From: Octopus bimaculoides
Taxonomy: Eukaryota
Assembly: GCF_001194135.2 (NCBI RefSeq)
Contig: NC_068981.1
Location: 125,332,422-125,396,421, forward strand
Length of the DNA: 64,000 bases
Direction: 5' to 3'
This document shows positions 48,830 to 62,494 of this stretch, piece by piece. Position 1 is the first letter of the stretch, and each line of letters opens with the position of its first letter. The position numbers were made by a program, and so were the translations under genes. The notes under the pieces were generated by a model that worked only from the letters and a program-made list of their open reading frames with translations, searched no databases and was not told the DNA's origin.

Positions 48830-50420
48830 AGTAGCAATGACTCTGAATAAAACAAAACAGTTTGATGCTAATCCACAATGATTTGGTCAATATGGAAATA
48901 ATATATCATATCTGTACCAACAACAAGAGATGTACAGGAAGGGATTGCTATGGACAAGAGTGTTTCAAAAAATAATCCTAGCAACTGAACAATCGTGAAA
49001 AACAATACCAACTCAAGAACTAGCTCAGCAGCTACAAGAAAAAGAGAAAAAGATGAACAACTGAAAGTCATTAGTTCTTCATACATCAATCTAACATCCA
49101 TTTGAATTATTTCACACAAAATACTGACAAAAATATGTAATAATCTAATGAAAGAACCTGAAGCAATAGCTGAATGCCTCCTCAAGAAGAAAACCATCAT
49201 AATCTCTGAGATTAAAAAAAACAAAAACAGCAAAGTCATAACTAATGTCTGTAGAAGGAGAAAGAAGAATTTTAACATGGCATAGACTGACTTGGAAATT
49301 TTTCAACAATATTTCCCATTGTGTTTTCTGGGGACATTAGCCATGAGTAAGGTACACCAATAGTAAGCAGGTACCTAAAACATATAATGTATATTTTTTT
49401 AATTATTTAAGATAAATATGAATCATTCAAGCGTAATCGTTACCAGCATCACCTTACTGGCACTTGTGCCTGTGACATGTGAAAAGCAACATTCGAGCGA
49501 GGTTGTTGCCAGTGCCGCTGGACTGGCTCCTGTGCAGGTGGCACATAAAAAAACACCATTTGAGCGTGGCCATTGCCAGACCCGCCTGACTAGCCCTTGT
49601 GCCAGTGGCACGTAAAAGCACCCACTACACTCTCAGAGTAGTTGGCGTTAGGAAGGGCATCCAGCTGTAGAAACTCTGCCAGATCAGTTGGAGCCTGGTA
49701 CAGCTATCTGGCTCGCCAGTCGTCAGTCAAACCGTCCAACCCATGCCAGCATGGAAATAAATATTTCAAGGATACTTTCTTTCTCTACCTGTGTATGCTT
49801 GGCATTAATACCTTTAACCAATATACTAAATAAGACTGGACTTGGATGAAAATGTCACAGGAAAACAATCAACCATTTAAAAAAAATATAAATGATCTCA
49901 AGCTGTACTTCACAGGTGATAAACAACTGGAAACACTGTTTAAGGCTTGCATGGAGATTCACTAAAAGAACTAATACGAAATTCAGTTTAGAGAAATGAG
50001 GTACAGTAAATTTGAGAGATGAAAATTGATAATATAGTGTTAAATAAAGAAACAAAGATAAAAGAATATCAAATACAGACTTACAAATACTTAAGAATTA
50101 ATGAATGAGATGGAATACAATACACACAAATGAAAGTAAAGGTGAAGAAGGACAATGTAGATGCATAAAAACAGAGTTAAATGCAAAAACATCAATACTC
50201 TTGCTATCTCAGTATTAAGTCATTGTTATGATAATCCCAACTATATGCTAGGTGAATCAACATGACTAGACATGAAAACAAGGAAAATAATGACTACATT
50301 CAGGATAGGCTACCCAAAATCTGATACAGAAAAATTATTTTTACTACAATTACTGAAAGATAGCTGCAACTAGAAAATTAACGTGATGTATCTACTGTAG
50401 GGCTACAAAACATATCTAGT
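48830..50420 (+). mobile_element. Decayed R4/Dong-like RT region, interrupted by a family D insertion
   Basis: KNKNSKVITNVCRRRKKNFNMA*TD (cf. NKxI..C.RRKKNLxMAWID), GKTINHL...NDLKLY (cf. INHLLYMDDLKL), TYKYLRINE, KTELNAK..INTLA and LDMKTRKIMT...PKSDTEKL. Confidence 0.7.
49420..49756 (+). mobile_element. Family D insertion, truncated at both ends, with 8-bp TSD
   Basis: ataaatat at 49412-49419 and 49757-49764. Near-identical reverse complement of ~41860-42192. Confidence 0.85.
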
Positions 50421-51249
50421 AAAGAATAAAAGGAAAATAGCAGAAATTGCTACAAAGCTTGTACAAAAAATAACAATTTTCTATCTTCAAGGAAGCCAAT
50501 AAATCAAAAGCAAAAACTGAAATAATAACTGGTTATGAGGAGAAAAGAGAAAATTTGATAAAAATAGATTCAACTGGCAAGAAAGAGCAGCTAAATGTTT
50601 CTCTAGTTATACCTCATTGTCATGAGAAGAGAAATATATATAGGATAATGTAGTTCTAAATGTACAGTGTCTGAAAAAAGGACACTGATCATTACCGGAA
50701 CATCTTTGTAGATTTGCAGCCAAGCTTGCACAGGCTTAGCAACAACATCAATAATTTCTATTACAAATACTAGTTGAGAGAGAGAGAGGGGGGGGTCAGT
50801 TGTTTGTACTGATCTCAGTATTTGACTAGTATTTAATTTATCAACTTCAGGAGGATGAAATACATCACTCAATAGGATTTGAATTCAGAATGAAGATAAC
50901 ATTGCAGATACAAATTACAAAAATTGTGGGGTTTTGCATGGGTGAGAAATAAAATTGATTAAGTTGAAAAAATCATGCACAATGTATACAAATATGTGGT
51001 ATAGTCCTTAGAGGGGGAAAAATCACCTCCTAGAGTCAACAAGGGACCTCACACATCTAGCATTAGCCTGATTACCAAAGCAAGGTACTTTCTACCAACT
51101 ATCATTCTCCAGTCCAAAGCACATGCTTAGAGTAGAACCATTCAGTTGTGCCGTATTTGATACTGTCTTTCACATTTAAACAAATTTACTGGAAGAGCAC
51201 TTCCTTCTCCAATCTTACTTTCTTTTCCATGTGAAACGTGAAAAAGTCT

Positions 51250-51830
51250 ATGAGAGCTTAACAAAAAAGCAAAGTATTGGCCTTCAGTCATTCAATTTTC
51301 TCCACCACACAACTTCATCTACCATAATTACCAAACAGAAAAAAAATGCCTGCCCTTGTTGGCTGCTCTATATTCCACAACAATTATTTCATATAATCGT
51401 ACAAGTCATTAATACCTATATATCAAATTTGTGATTAACAAAGATGACAAATACATGTGCCACCTCTGCCAAAGCTTTCAGGAATAGCTTTCTCTCAGTC
51501 CGTTTCTGGATGAGACAGACCACATTGCTATAACTTCACTCCAGTTCCTATTAACCTGTAGAAGTACACTGAACCAGATCTCAAGCAACTTGACTGTTCC
51601 ACCTGTCCAGCATGCCATATTACTATCTATATGCCAATCTATAAACCCTCTGACTTGTTCAGGTTAATCTCTGACCTGTCACTGCCTTATATTTCTTTAC
51701 AACAGTGTCAATCACTTTGATTTCCATGATATCCTATACCATTACAATTATGTTTGCCAAGTGTACTGACATAACTCTTTTGTGTCCTACTTTGAACAAA
51801 TATCTTTCAACACCTCTAGCTTCCACAATT
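51250..51830 (-). pseudogene. L1/Tx1-clade RT fragment
   Basis: SVHLANIIVMV (cf. SAYADDxxVxV), KYKAVTG, INLNKSEGL*IG and VKLLEIWFS...RNWSEV (cf. YxxxTGAKINxxKSxGL...VKxLGVWF...KNW). Confidence 0.6.
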
Positions 51831-53164
51831 GTGACTAATCAGTGTATACAAATATACAGAATATACAAAAGTCAATGAGAGTGGGCACACTCGATGGACT
51901 GAGCATGATTCAAAATGATTCCAACAGGTGGCCATTTAATCTGATCACTAGGATGTTTGTCACTGTACACTGAAGCAACCTAGCCTTTCAAAAAACCAGC
52001 TGCCCTGAGGGCAGTTGCTAAGTAGCAATAGTTAATCTTATTGTAGTTCATCTAAATTGATCAGAGCCTTACCAAAGCCAGGGTTTTTTTTTTACCAACC
52101 CTCTTTTAGATGTATCATACATATAAGATGACAGAACCCTTACAAATTCAGTTTCAGTATATATATGTCAGAGATCACAAACATCAATTTTTGCATAATT
52201 TCGTATTACAGAAGTGACACATGAAAATTAGCATTTTTATCAATTATATGTTGTATTTTAAAAGCATGCCTTGAGCTGAAGAGTTGACTTTGTGATTTCA
52301 AAATCTAACAGACTTGACAAATTCTAGTTAAAGCTTTTTACAATTAAGCTGTTAATATATAATCCAATACTGAATCAAATCTCTTACTGGTTATACAGAT
52401 TTTTTAGCAAGATTATACAATGTTTTCCTCTGTCACTACAATTCTATTGATATATTTGATTTTTTTCACCCTAAATCAAATAACTGTCAAAATGATGACA
52501 AATAAAAGAAAGTGAATATTATAGAATGGTATTCATACACTATATTTATTGATTATATATTAAAATCAATAAACGATGATTCCTTTAGTAGTCAATATGA
52601 AACTGAATACAGATTTCCACTTGACCACAAGGCTAACAAAGTTGTCCAGAAGAGAAAAGATGATTACTCCTATCATTACCTCCAGTATAGTATCAGACAC
52701 TTGTTTTATTAACTATGCAAGAATGAAATACACAACACTGGCAGAAAACTTGAACTCAAAACTTAAATGAAGCCAAATATTACAAGACATTTAATCTAGT
52801 CTTGCATTCTACTGTTTTAGCCACTGAACAGATTTAATCTAAAATTGAGTATCACTAGTGAAATAACTTTGAACAGATATATTTTATTGGCTCTTAGCAA
52901 GACAAACTGCAAAAGTAATCTAACAGAAAATTGAAGGCAACAATGTTTAAAACAGGTTTTACTGGACTGTCATTGTAAACTAAGTGAGAAAAATCTCTCT
53001 TTTGTATTTAGCAATCAATAAACCTTAATTTCCTTTTCATCTTCACAAACTGAAGGATTTCTTAAATTGAAATTTACATACCTTCTCCAACAGTGTAATG
53101 ATAATGCAATGATTTACTATGCTCAAAATTTACACACACCCACACTACATGCACACACATGCAT

Positions 53165-53213
<49 letters not shown>

Positions 53214-53579
53214 TAAATACACACATTATATGCCCATGCACACATACACAATACACCAAGAATTTATATGTTCTACTAATCTATTTTCACAAAATGCCAT
53301 TATTTAATGGCCTGAAACAAATTATGGTCTTTCTTCACAGAGAGAGGGGTTTTTTTTCCGTTAATATCTATCACCAATAAGAATTTTTGCACAAAGTGGG
53401 TCAACTACTGAATGAGATCAAACACTGCTTTTTGATATAAGGAATCTTCACAGGCCATTATTGATTTTCTCACACCACAGCATATTCAAACTTATTACAC
53501 AACCCATAAATAACCATTCACACAGAGTTTTCAAATCAAAATTAGGATTTTAAACAATTAAATGAATTCATTAGGCTTC

Positions 53580-53765
53580 AGCATGGCCTTGTAGATGAGA
53601 AATTTGCTTGCAACTACATGGTTTTAGGGTCGATCCTACTGTGTAGCATTTTTAGCAAGTGTCTTCTTGCAATAGCTTTGTGTTGACCAATGCCTGTTAG
53701 TGAAATTTGATAGACAGAAACTGCAAAAGCCTGTGTATATGTGTGTGTATGTAGGTATGTGCATG

Positions 53766-53821
<56 letters not shown>

Positions 53822-54050
53822 AGCACACATGCACACACTCACATTTATATATACACACATGTGTGTGCAATTCATATTTGCATTGGTTGAAATAAAGCTA
53901 GTGTTGCTGCTTTTATTCTTTCTGTAACTTAGTAATTTGATATGTAGGAAATGATATACAAGTACAAGAGTGAACTATGATCAATTTAAAATCCTTGAAG
54001 GCAATGCTGCAACAAGGCCGCAGTCTAATAACTGAAACCAGTGAAACACT
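53580..54050 (+). mobile_element. SINE family A, diverged, with (TA)n middle
   Basis: Head and tail similarity to 40631-41333. Confidence 0.65.
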
Positions 54051-54783
54051 AAAAGATTAGAAAAAGCAAATAATTTACAGTTGAAATAGACACCAATGGT
54101 TGCATGAGGGAAAAAAAATCATGTGATGTTCTATGAATGTCACTGGTAAAGGAAGCTCATCAAAATCACACATACACACACAACACATACACTTGCACAA
54201 ATACTCACTCACTCATGCATGCAATCACACACCACACAAACACTCACAAGCACATGGCCACATGCACGACTACACACAACTGTTTAAATAAAAACTAGTC
54301 CCCACCTTTCCAGTTATATAAATATTGAAACACAAACTCTGCAAAGGGGAAAAACTTCACAGAAAACTAATAGAAATTTATGACAGCCACATTATTAATA
54401 ACACTCACAATATAACTTAATATCTTATTTTTCAGTGTTGCTATAACAAAATATTATACATCTCTCTCTCTCTCTCTCTCTCTCTCTCATGCACACACAC
54501 ACACACACACATACACACAAACACACACATATACATATTTATAAATGTGTGTGTGTATGTTTATGTATTTCATTGTGACAACATTACAAATGAAGATATA
54601 ATATTGCATTATATTGCAAGTGATGCTGATAACACTGCTGTCATATATATATATAAACATGATGGTGTTTATACAACTGAGTGAGAACTTAATACACGGT
54701 TACAGAATTTAGATATTATTCAGAATTTGCTACTTAAAGTTTCTCATTTTTAAATGTCAGGCAAAAACTAAGAACCACCATTC

Positions 54784-55015
54784 CAACTATATGGTGTACA
54801 TCTTTTCCATTTGAGTCTATATAATTTCTTACAAAGAATTTATTTTTGTGTTTCTAAGAGAAAAGTATCATTTCTGTGAAACATAGATTGTAAGTTAGAA
54901 GGTAACAACTATATGATGTACATCTTTTCTGTTTGGGTTTATATAATTTCTTACAAAGAATTTATTTTTGTATTTCCAAATGAAAAGTATTGTTTCTGCA
55001 GTACATAGATTGTGA
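54784..55015. repeat. Direct tandem duplication, 122-bp period
   Basis: caactatatggtgtacatcttttc...tataatttcttacaaagaatttatttttgt...catagattgt at 54784, repeated at 54906. Confidence 0.85.
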
Positions 55016-56933
55016 ATCCTTGATAATAAGAAATAGGAAAGCCTGATGCCAATAATATCCCAAAATAGTTTTTGATGTCTTATATTTTTGGTTCAAAGAC
55101 TATAAATAGTAATAAAAAATTGTGCAAATTTTGCTAACTGGATTTCTAAAGGTGTGGTTGTGATGACTGAGTCTGAGTTTGAAGTGGTTGGTGGTTAAAT
55201 CTATGTCATTTTTGGTGACAAGGTCCTTTGCAAAAATCAACTCAGATATATGATAGAGCAAAGGAAACAGAACATGTTTAAAAGCTTGTGTTAGTGTTTA
55301 AGCAATGACAATTGATAGAAGTGCTTGCTAGCAGTTTAGTTCTTAATTTGCAATTATTGATGTCTTCATTAACATTCCTGTCATTAATATTGATTTTAAA
55401 TATTTGCCACAAGGCCAGCAACTTTGGGTAGTGGGTAAGTCAATTAACTGATTCCAGTGCTCAACTGCTGCTTACTTTATCAACCCTGAAGGGATAAAAG
55501 AAAAAGTCAACCTCAGCAGAATTTAAATTATTGTCATTAATAATATGATTATCTTAATGACTTAGTTCATATTTTTTCACAGTATCATATTTCTTGTATT
55601 TTTTGAAGTTTTAAATTCTTTATCTCACACCACAACATACACTTTACAATTTCAATATTTGCATATGAACTTTCAGAAAATATTCACAGCTATATGTATT
55701 TCCTAATGCTAACTATTCAACCATGAAATGAAATTAGCATTTAATTTTTCACTCAGAGTTGCCATTAACAACAGTTAAATTAGAGCTAACATTTTTAATA
55801 CAGTGATATTGCTCATTTCCAATCTTCCATGGAAATTCATGCCTGGCCTTGGGAAATATTACCTTGGCTGGAGACAGGAGAAGGTTAGTGACAGGAAGGA
55901 CTTCCAGTCATAAAAAATTTGTCACAACAAATTCCATCTGACCCATGTAAGCATGAAAAGGTGAACGTTAAATAGTCATTATCATTGTCACCACCCTGCT
56001 CCCCCTCCCCATCATCCTTGTTATCATTTTAAAAGTTTATTAGAAAGAATGATGCATTGAAAGGGTAAATAATATTAGCCATGACTAATATCATTTTTAT
56101 TATTTTTACAAGAACATGAAACAACTTTGAAACACATAATGACCTCCTCAACAAAGCTAAGACTTCACTCTATTTGATAAAGTAGTAACAGGAGGATCAC
56201 TAAGTAAATGTGCAGGATTGCATTGCACAGTTGTTGGTATAAGAAAATAGAATTATTTAGAGAGAGAAAAAATTATCAGAAATGCTATTTGCACACAAAA
56301 CAATAGTTGAGTTAGATTTAACACATTTTATGCAAGGACCATGACCAAAACATACTCAAAGTTATCGCCTATACTTCTTGCAATAAAATATCATTAACTA
56401 ATACCTAATGTTATTTTGTTGTTTTTTCTTACTTCATAATTATTGCAAGTTAGCTATTTAATGCTCCAAGATCAATCAGTGCTTGGTGTTCTTGAGTAAA
56501 ACGATTTATTTTATGTTGTTTCAATCCAGTCAGCTGAAAATGAGTATTAGCAACAGCTGGGTATTAATCCTGCAATGGAGTAGTATCTCAAAAAGTGGGA
56601 AGTATTGTACTTTTGGTCACTTATACAATGTGGAAACTGATGAACATATCTTACTTAGTAATATTATTTAATGGATGTAACAAATGTTCAACAGAGGGTT
56701 TTTCGATAAGTTGATCAACGACTTAATTTCACAACTTCAGGATTTGATCTGAATTAAATAATAGATTAAAACAATGGTTTTCTTTTAGGATCTAAGGGAG
56801 ATGGACTATTTTAAACAGTTTGACTCATTTAGGTAGTTTGACTTGTTCATAACAAAATAATATAATCTAACTGATAAATCTTTCAGATTTCTAACCACAA
56901 ATAACAATTTTCCTTTTAGCTACAAATAAACTA

Positions 56934-58124
56934 TGAGGTGGTATCCAAAAGTTCCTGGTCTAGTTATGTTTAATAAAAGGTAACTTATTTATCTAAGTTT
57001 TAACATCATCTCCTTCGAAATAGCCACCTTGCACAGCAATACATTAGTCCCAGCATTCCTGCACTTTTTGAATCAGACCAGTAAGTTGTTTTCCATAAGC
57101 GAGTCAAGGACCTTCTGCAATTCACTCTTGATCTCGATAACGGTATCAACACAGTGACCTTTAGGCTGCATTTTCATCTAGGGGAAGAAATTGAAGTCTT
57201 CAGGTACTAAATCTGGTGAATAGGGTAGGTGCAGAAGCAATACCATGTTTTTTTCTCAGTAAGAAACTCATGGGTGAGGAGAACTTGGTGACAGGGGCGC
57301 ATTGTCATCATGAAGAATCCAATTCTTCACACTCCACAGACCCAGTCACTTTTGCCAAATGCCCTCCCTCAAATGCTTCAGGCCTTGGGGGATGAATTCT
57401 TGATGCACATGCACTTGATTGAGCTGCAGCTCTGTTGTGCCTCCTTCGGTCATGGAGATGAAAGCCTCTTCCATTGTGACAACTGTTGCTTTGTCTCAGG
57501 TCATATCCATAAACCCAGTGATGATCCTCGACCTGAATGATGGGTCATCAATGGCATGCTGACAAAGATCTTGACATACTCTGACGTGATGTTCTTTCTG
57601 CTTAGTGGTCAGCAGGTGAGGGACAAACTTGGCAGAGACACACTGCATGTTCAATTCAGACATTAGGGTTGTCTGTACGAACCCATACAACAAACCAACA
57701 ACATCACTAATTTTGTTGATTGTCCTTCGACATTCCTCATGCACAAGCTGATGAATTTTCTTTGGGCGGTAATGCTCATGGCAGGTCTTCTAGATCACTC
57801 ATCGACCTCCAGAGATTTTTTTTTTCTGCTTTTGAAGCACCTGTGCCACTTGAAACATTGCATACAACCCATTGCCTCATCACCGTAAGCTTGCCAAAGC
57901 ATGCTCAATAGCTCTTTGTTCCGACTTCCTGTCGATGACAAAAATTACAGACTGCAGCATACATGGGATCCCAAAAACACAAATTTCACAACTTACAAAG
58001 TAAACACAGCAATGTCACTCAGCACACTGCATCATGAAGGTCACTGATAGCTCTCAGTGTGCATGCAACCATGAGCTATCATCTACTGGCATGCTACAGA
58101 TCTAGTCTGGGAAATGTTTGATTA
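56934..58124 (-). mobile_element. Mariner transposon fossil with internal deletion
   Basis: TIR TA|TGAGGTGGTATCCAAAAGTTCCTGGTCTAG and decayed partner CTAGTCTGGGAAATGTTTGAT. Minus peptides VSAKFVPHLLT...DPSFRSRIITG, WILHDDNAP and LPYSPDLVPEDF (YSPDL motif). Confidence 0.9.
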
Positions 58125-58989
58125 TATAAAACATTCCACTCAAAATTTCTGTCCTTTAACCCCATACAAATGTGAATCTTTTATCCCTTGTTTGTATAAA
58201 AGTATTACAGAAATGGGCAAAGTTAACCTCATTGGGATTTGAACAGAATGCATAGAGAGTCAAAACAAACAATACAAGACATTTTAGTCAATGCTCTAAT
58301 GACTGTTAATTTACTGCCTTGTATATGAGAGAAAAATAGAAGAGAGATTGTAGCTAAGAGGGCCACAAGACCATTATCAACTTTCAAGGAAGATTACATT
58401 TTACTGGAATAAACTAAAAATTTATTTTACACTTGCTCTGGTTGGTGCAAGGTATATAAAGTAGGGAAAATCTGATGATGTCCAGTAATGAAGGCTACAA
58501 TTCAGAAGATACACAGATTACAAAGTTACAAATTCCCAACTAAGAATTGAACATTTTTCTCACCTCAGTTGTTGTTATATCTAGATTTAGATAGTGTATA
58601 GAAAACAGACACTCATAGAGCCAGTTACTCAGTTTCCACAGTGTATAGGTGACAAAGATCACATTATCCCTGAATGGGATGCTAGTCCTTCACTGACTTT
58701 TGAACTGTAGCACTTCTTAAAGTCTATCTAAGTTTGTACTAGTACTCTGTCCTTTTTATGCTGTTTAAAATGTGATTTCATTTCCTTCTCAATCCATACT
58801 TCATCTTTAAATCCTTTGTAGATATAATATAAGTGGCTTATTAAAGTTTTGTTAGTTTTGTGAAGGACTGTGAATTTCATTTCTTTGCAGGATGAGGCTG
58901 GTTCTCTCTCAAAGGATATTGGTTCTCAATATATGATATGAGTTCTTTCTCAGTAAAGAGTATTGTTTCTTCAAAGCAGATGTACCCAG

Positions 58990-59760
58990 CTTAGTGTTTT
59001 CTCCATTGGGTCTTTTTCTTTTCTTGTTTTTTTTTAAAGATACTGCTAATCTCCTTCGACCTTTGTCTGGCCCTTATCCTCACAAATAAATAGAGCATTA
59101 CTACTAAATTAGGATGTAGGTCCTGGTCACTTAGCTCTAACTTATGTTGTTGTTGCTGTTGTAAGTGATGCCCCTTGTTTTCAATGGTTGTGGCTGGGTA
59201 AGATGGAGGAAGTTGCTTGGATCTTATGATTTGCTCTTGGCAATGTGGATGGGGTAATCTCATTTGTTGACTTAAGTATTATGCTTGGTGTCATCATCAC
59301 CATCATCATTTAATGCCTGTTTTTCATGCTGGCATAGGTGTAACCTCTTAAATGACTTTTAGTGCCACAAGTGTAGCATCTTGGTTGTCTACCTTCTAAG
59401 CTGAATGTAAAAGTCTCTCTTCTGGTACTCTCAACAGAACACAGTTCTCATGGCCCTGCAGGGTCACAAGGACTTGTATGCATATGGCTACCCCACCACA
59501 CATCATACTAACACCAGTTATGGCTGCCCTAACCACATGCCCATGATAGCACTATGAAGATAATTACTAGCTAGGAATCAATGTCATCAACAACGTCCCT
59601 GACAGTGACCCTTCTGCTTCTCTTTCCCAAATACTGCAGAACTAGCTTTCAGACAGGTGAATCACATAAAATTTGGGCTTGCATTTTCACCCTGTCCTTT
59701 GTGTTAAAGAAGCACATATGATAGCATACAACTTCACTCTACTTATAACAACTGAGAAGA
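58990..59760 (-). pseudogene. Second copy of the zinc-knuckle ORF1/gag-like family
   Basis: LVLQYLGKRSRRVTVRDV..IDS*LV aligns with VLLPTYCGKRVARVGIGRV..EEAWLV at ~3110. FSLEGRQPRCYTCGTKSHLRG aligns with VVVEGRPPTCYQCGVRGHMRA. An RTE-tail insertion at ~59290-59337 splits the knuckle. Confidence 0.6.
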
Positions 59761-60700
59761 GAGTAAAAATGTTCAATTCCCACAAATTTATCCCTTTTGA
59801 TTTTTTTTTTCACATCTTTATAAGCTGCATTTATACTTAGTTTGCTGTCTATCTCTTTCAACTAAGTTTGAAAATAAAGAATTTGATGGTATTTATTACA
59901 AGCCACTTAAAACTTTTTACATTATAAACCTGATGTTAAGAAAATATCTTAACAAAGAACCTTTTCAGATAAAATAATTAGCAAAGTTTTTAATCTAAAT
60001 ATGAATACTTTCAAACAAGTGGTTTTGTATTTTAGGACAAAGGGCAATCTTGTGCAAGTTGGTATCAAGAGAGTTAAGCACATAAATATTTTTTTTATGT
60101 TTAAAGCAAGTAATCCTTGAGAAACTAATTTAATCTGAAATAAGTTATAATTACAATAAAACGAATTTTATCATTTAAAACTAATCAACTTAGAAAGGAA
60201 GTGTTATTAAACATCTATCCCTATAAGATATACATAACAACAAGAGGGAAAAAAAGATTTTTTTTTATTTTTACCATTGAGTAAAGACAAGCTCATATTG
60301 GAGGGTTAAGAGTTTCAATTCCAACTGAAGCCAGACACTTTACTTATTTTACTAGTCACAGAGAAAAACAAACATTATACATTCTTGTCTCTTTGCACCA
60401 ATAGATACAAAGTAAGAAATCAATTCCCACATACTTCAGAGATAAACATTCTTTAAAATAGCAATAAAGTAACATTCACAGGAATAAAATTAAACACTGT
60501 AATTATGTAAATATTTAATTTTAAAAAATTCTTTTTAATTATATGTTTTTTTTTTACTCTTTTGTTTAGGTAGTAAAATAAGATTTGAAACATCAATACT
60601 AACACTGCGACATTCCTTCAGATATTATTCGCTTTAAATTCTAACTAAAGCAGCAAATTTCTGCAGCCAATCTACAGCATTGATGAGTTATTGATCGGCG

Positions 60701-60882
60701 ATGATGGTAACTGAAACTTCAGGCAGCATGAAGGAAAGCTGCCATTCAGAAGAAGACAAAGAGGAAGAGGGGATGAACAACAGTAACCACAGTAGTAAGC
60801 ATCGACAGTTTATGGCTAGGCTACACAGTACAAAATCATTTGTAGAATCTCTTTTGGACCCCGATGATTCAGCTATGCAAAG
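60701..60882 (+). CDS. Probable first coding exon of an unidentified host gene
   Basis: ATG 60701 with in-frame upstream stop (TGA 60692). Non-repetitive peptide MMVTETSGSMKESCHSEEDKEEEG...SFVESLLDPDDSAMQ(R). Strong donor AG|GTAAGA at 60882/60883 (phase 2). Candidate acceptor ctgcag at 60666. No convincing downstream exon inside the window. Confidence 0.55.
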
Positions 60883-61331
60883 GTAAGATTAAGTGTGTTG
60901 TTTTTCTCTCATACTTAAGATTACTGCTAATAATACTACTATCTTATAAAAATCAATAATTTTTTGCACAACTGCAACAGTTTTCAGTACCGACATTAAA
61001 TGCTTAATATTTCAACAGGATATTTTCTTGAAAAATTCTAAGTTGTGCAGTCAATCCCCTGTTGGTGTTCGAATACATGTTTGTTTTAAATAAAATGTTC
61101 TGTTTTGTAATGCTACTGTCATTACATCATGGTGCATATGACATTTATATAAAAAAAAAGAGGTAACAGCAGAAGAATCTGATTGGATGAACTGAGATCC
61201 AAAAGTTTAGATCCTATTCATTCATAACATTGAATTTTATCTTCAACTTGTTTTTTATTTATTTATATTTTCTAATATTTAAAGAAAAAGTACTTTAGCA
61301 CGATGCTCTATTTATGTAGTGCATTCATGCA

Positions 61332-61375
<44 letters not shown>

Positions 61376-61457
61376 TTGAGTATGTATGTATGTATAAGTG
61401 TATACATGTGTGTATGTGGATATATGCATCTATTTGTGTGTGCGTATAAGTGTGTGG

Positions 61458-61488
<31 letters not shown>

Positions 61489-61954
61489 TTTGTTTGTGTG
61501 TGAAAACAGGTTTTTTTGTTTCTCTTTTTTGGGGGGGTTAAGAAAAATGTAATCCAAGTGAACAACTGTTACAATAACCTCTTAAGAAAGAATTTGTTGG
61601 GGAAACAGTATTCTCACCATAGCCAGTATTTTTTTATTTACCGTTTATTTACCACCTGGTCACTTGCCTCATTGAAAATATTTATTTCCATCATTTAAAG
61701 AATTTTTTTCTGTATTTTCTACTTCATTAGTGGTATTATGTTATATTTTTATAGCTGTTCTTATTAGCAATATTTTATGGTTTATTCCATAATTAAAATA
61801 ATCTCTTGACCGATGAGGTCAACTCACATTAATAACCATAGGATTATAAAACTTCTCCATATTCAGTAAAATCAGAAAGCATTTATGGGTGTTCTTCGAT
61901 AAATTGTTTACTTTATCAAGGTACACACATCTCTCAATTTTTTTTATTTTCAGT

Positions 61955-62330
61955 GCAAGGGTGGCTGTGTGATAAGTGTACTTCCCAACCGCATGGGGCA
62001 AATGTCTTCCTCTATAGTCCCAAGCTGACCAAAGCCTTGTTGGTGGACAGTGGATTTAGTAGACAAGAATTAAACAAAACCTGTGTGTGTGCATGTGTGT
62101 GTGTGTGTGAGTGCATATGCATGCATTTATGGTTGTATGCATGTGTGTATTAGTGTTATTGTTTTCTTGCCTTGAGTTAACATGATAGTTGTAAACAAGC
62201 TTCCAACCGTCAGTGGAAACATGTATGTCGGCTCATAGAGAAATATTACCTTACTTTGAAAGAGGTGAGGGCACTGGCTCGGGAACAAAATTTGTTTAGC
62301 AGGTACAAACCCAGGTCCAAAATTTTTTAC
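61955..62330 (+). mobile_element. SINE family A with alternative tail
   Basis: Head gggtggctgtgtgataag...; tail cttgccttgagttaacatgatagttgtaaac...gaaatattaccttactttgaaagaggtgagg, as in 895-1040. Confidence 0.7.
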
Positions 62331-62494
62331 AAACAAGGTCTAATTGTTTTCTTTTGCAAATTTATTTTTGTTCTTTGAAAAGAAACCTAGCTTCAAGCTA
62401 TTTGTTACAGATCACTTTTTATTTACTGTATTCTAAACCTGAGAAAAGTAGGGGTGCAAATTTTGATTTTGCAGCCCATAAAAATTCTAGAGGG

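Noticed and set aside
58875-58990. Strong acceptor-like ttcatttctttgcAG at ~58890
   Set aside because: Stops in all frames soon after and no clear donor; adjacent to a minus-strand retroelement remnant. A UTR exon cannot be excluded.
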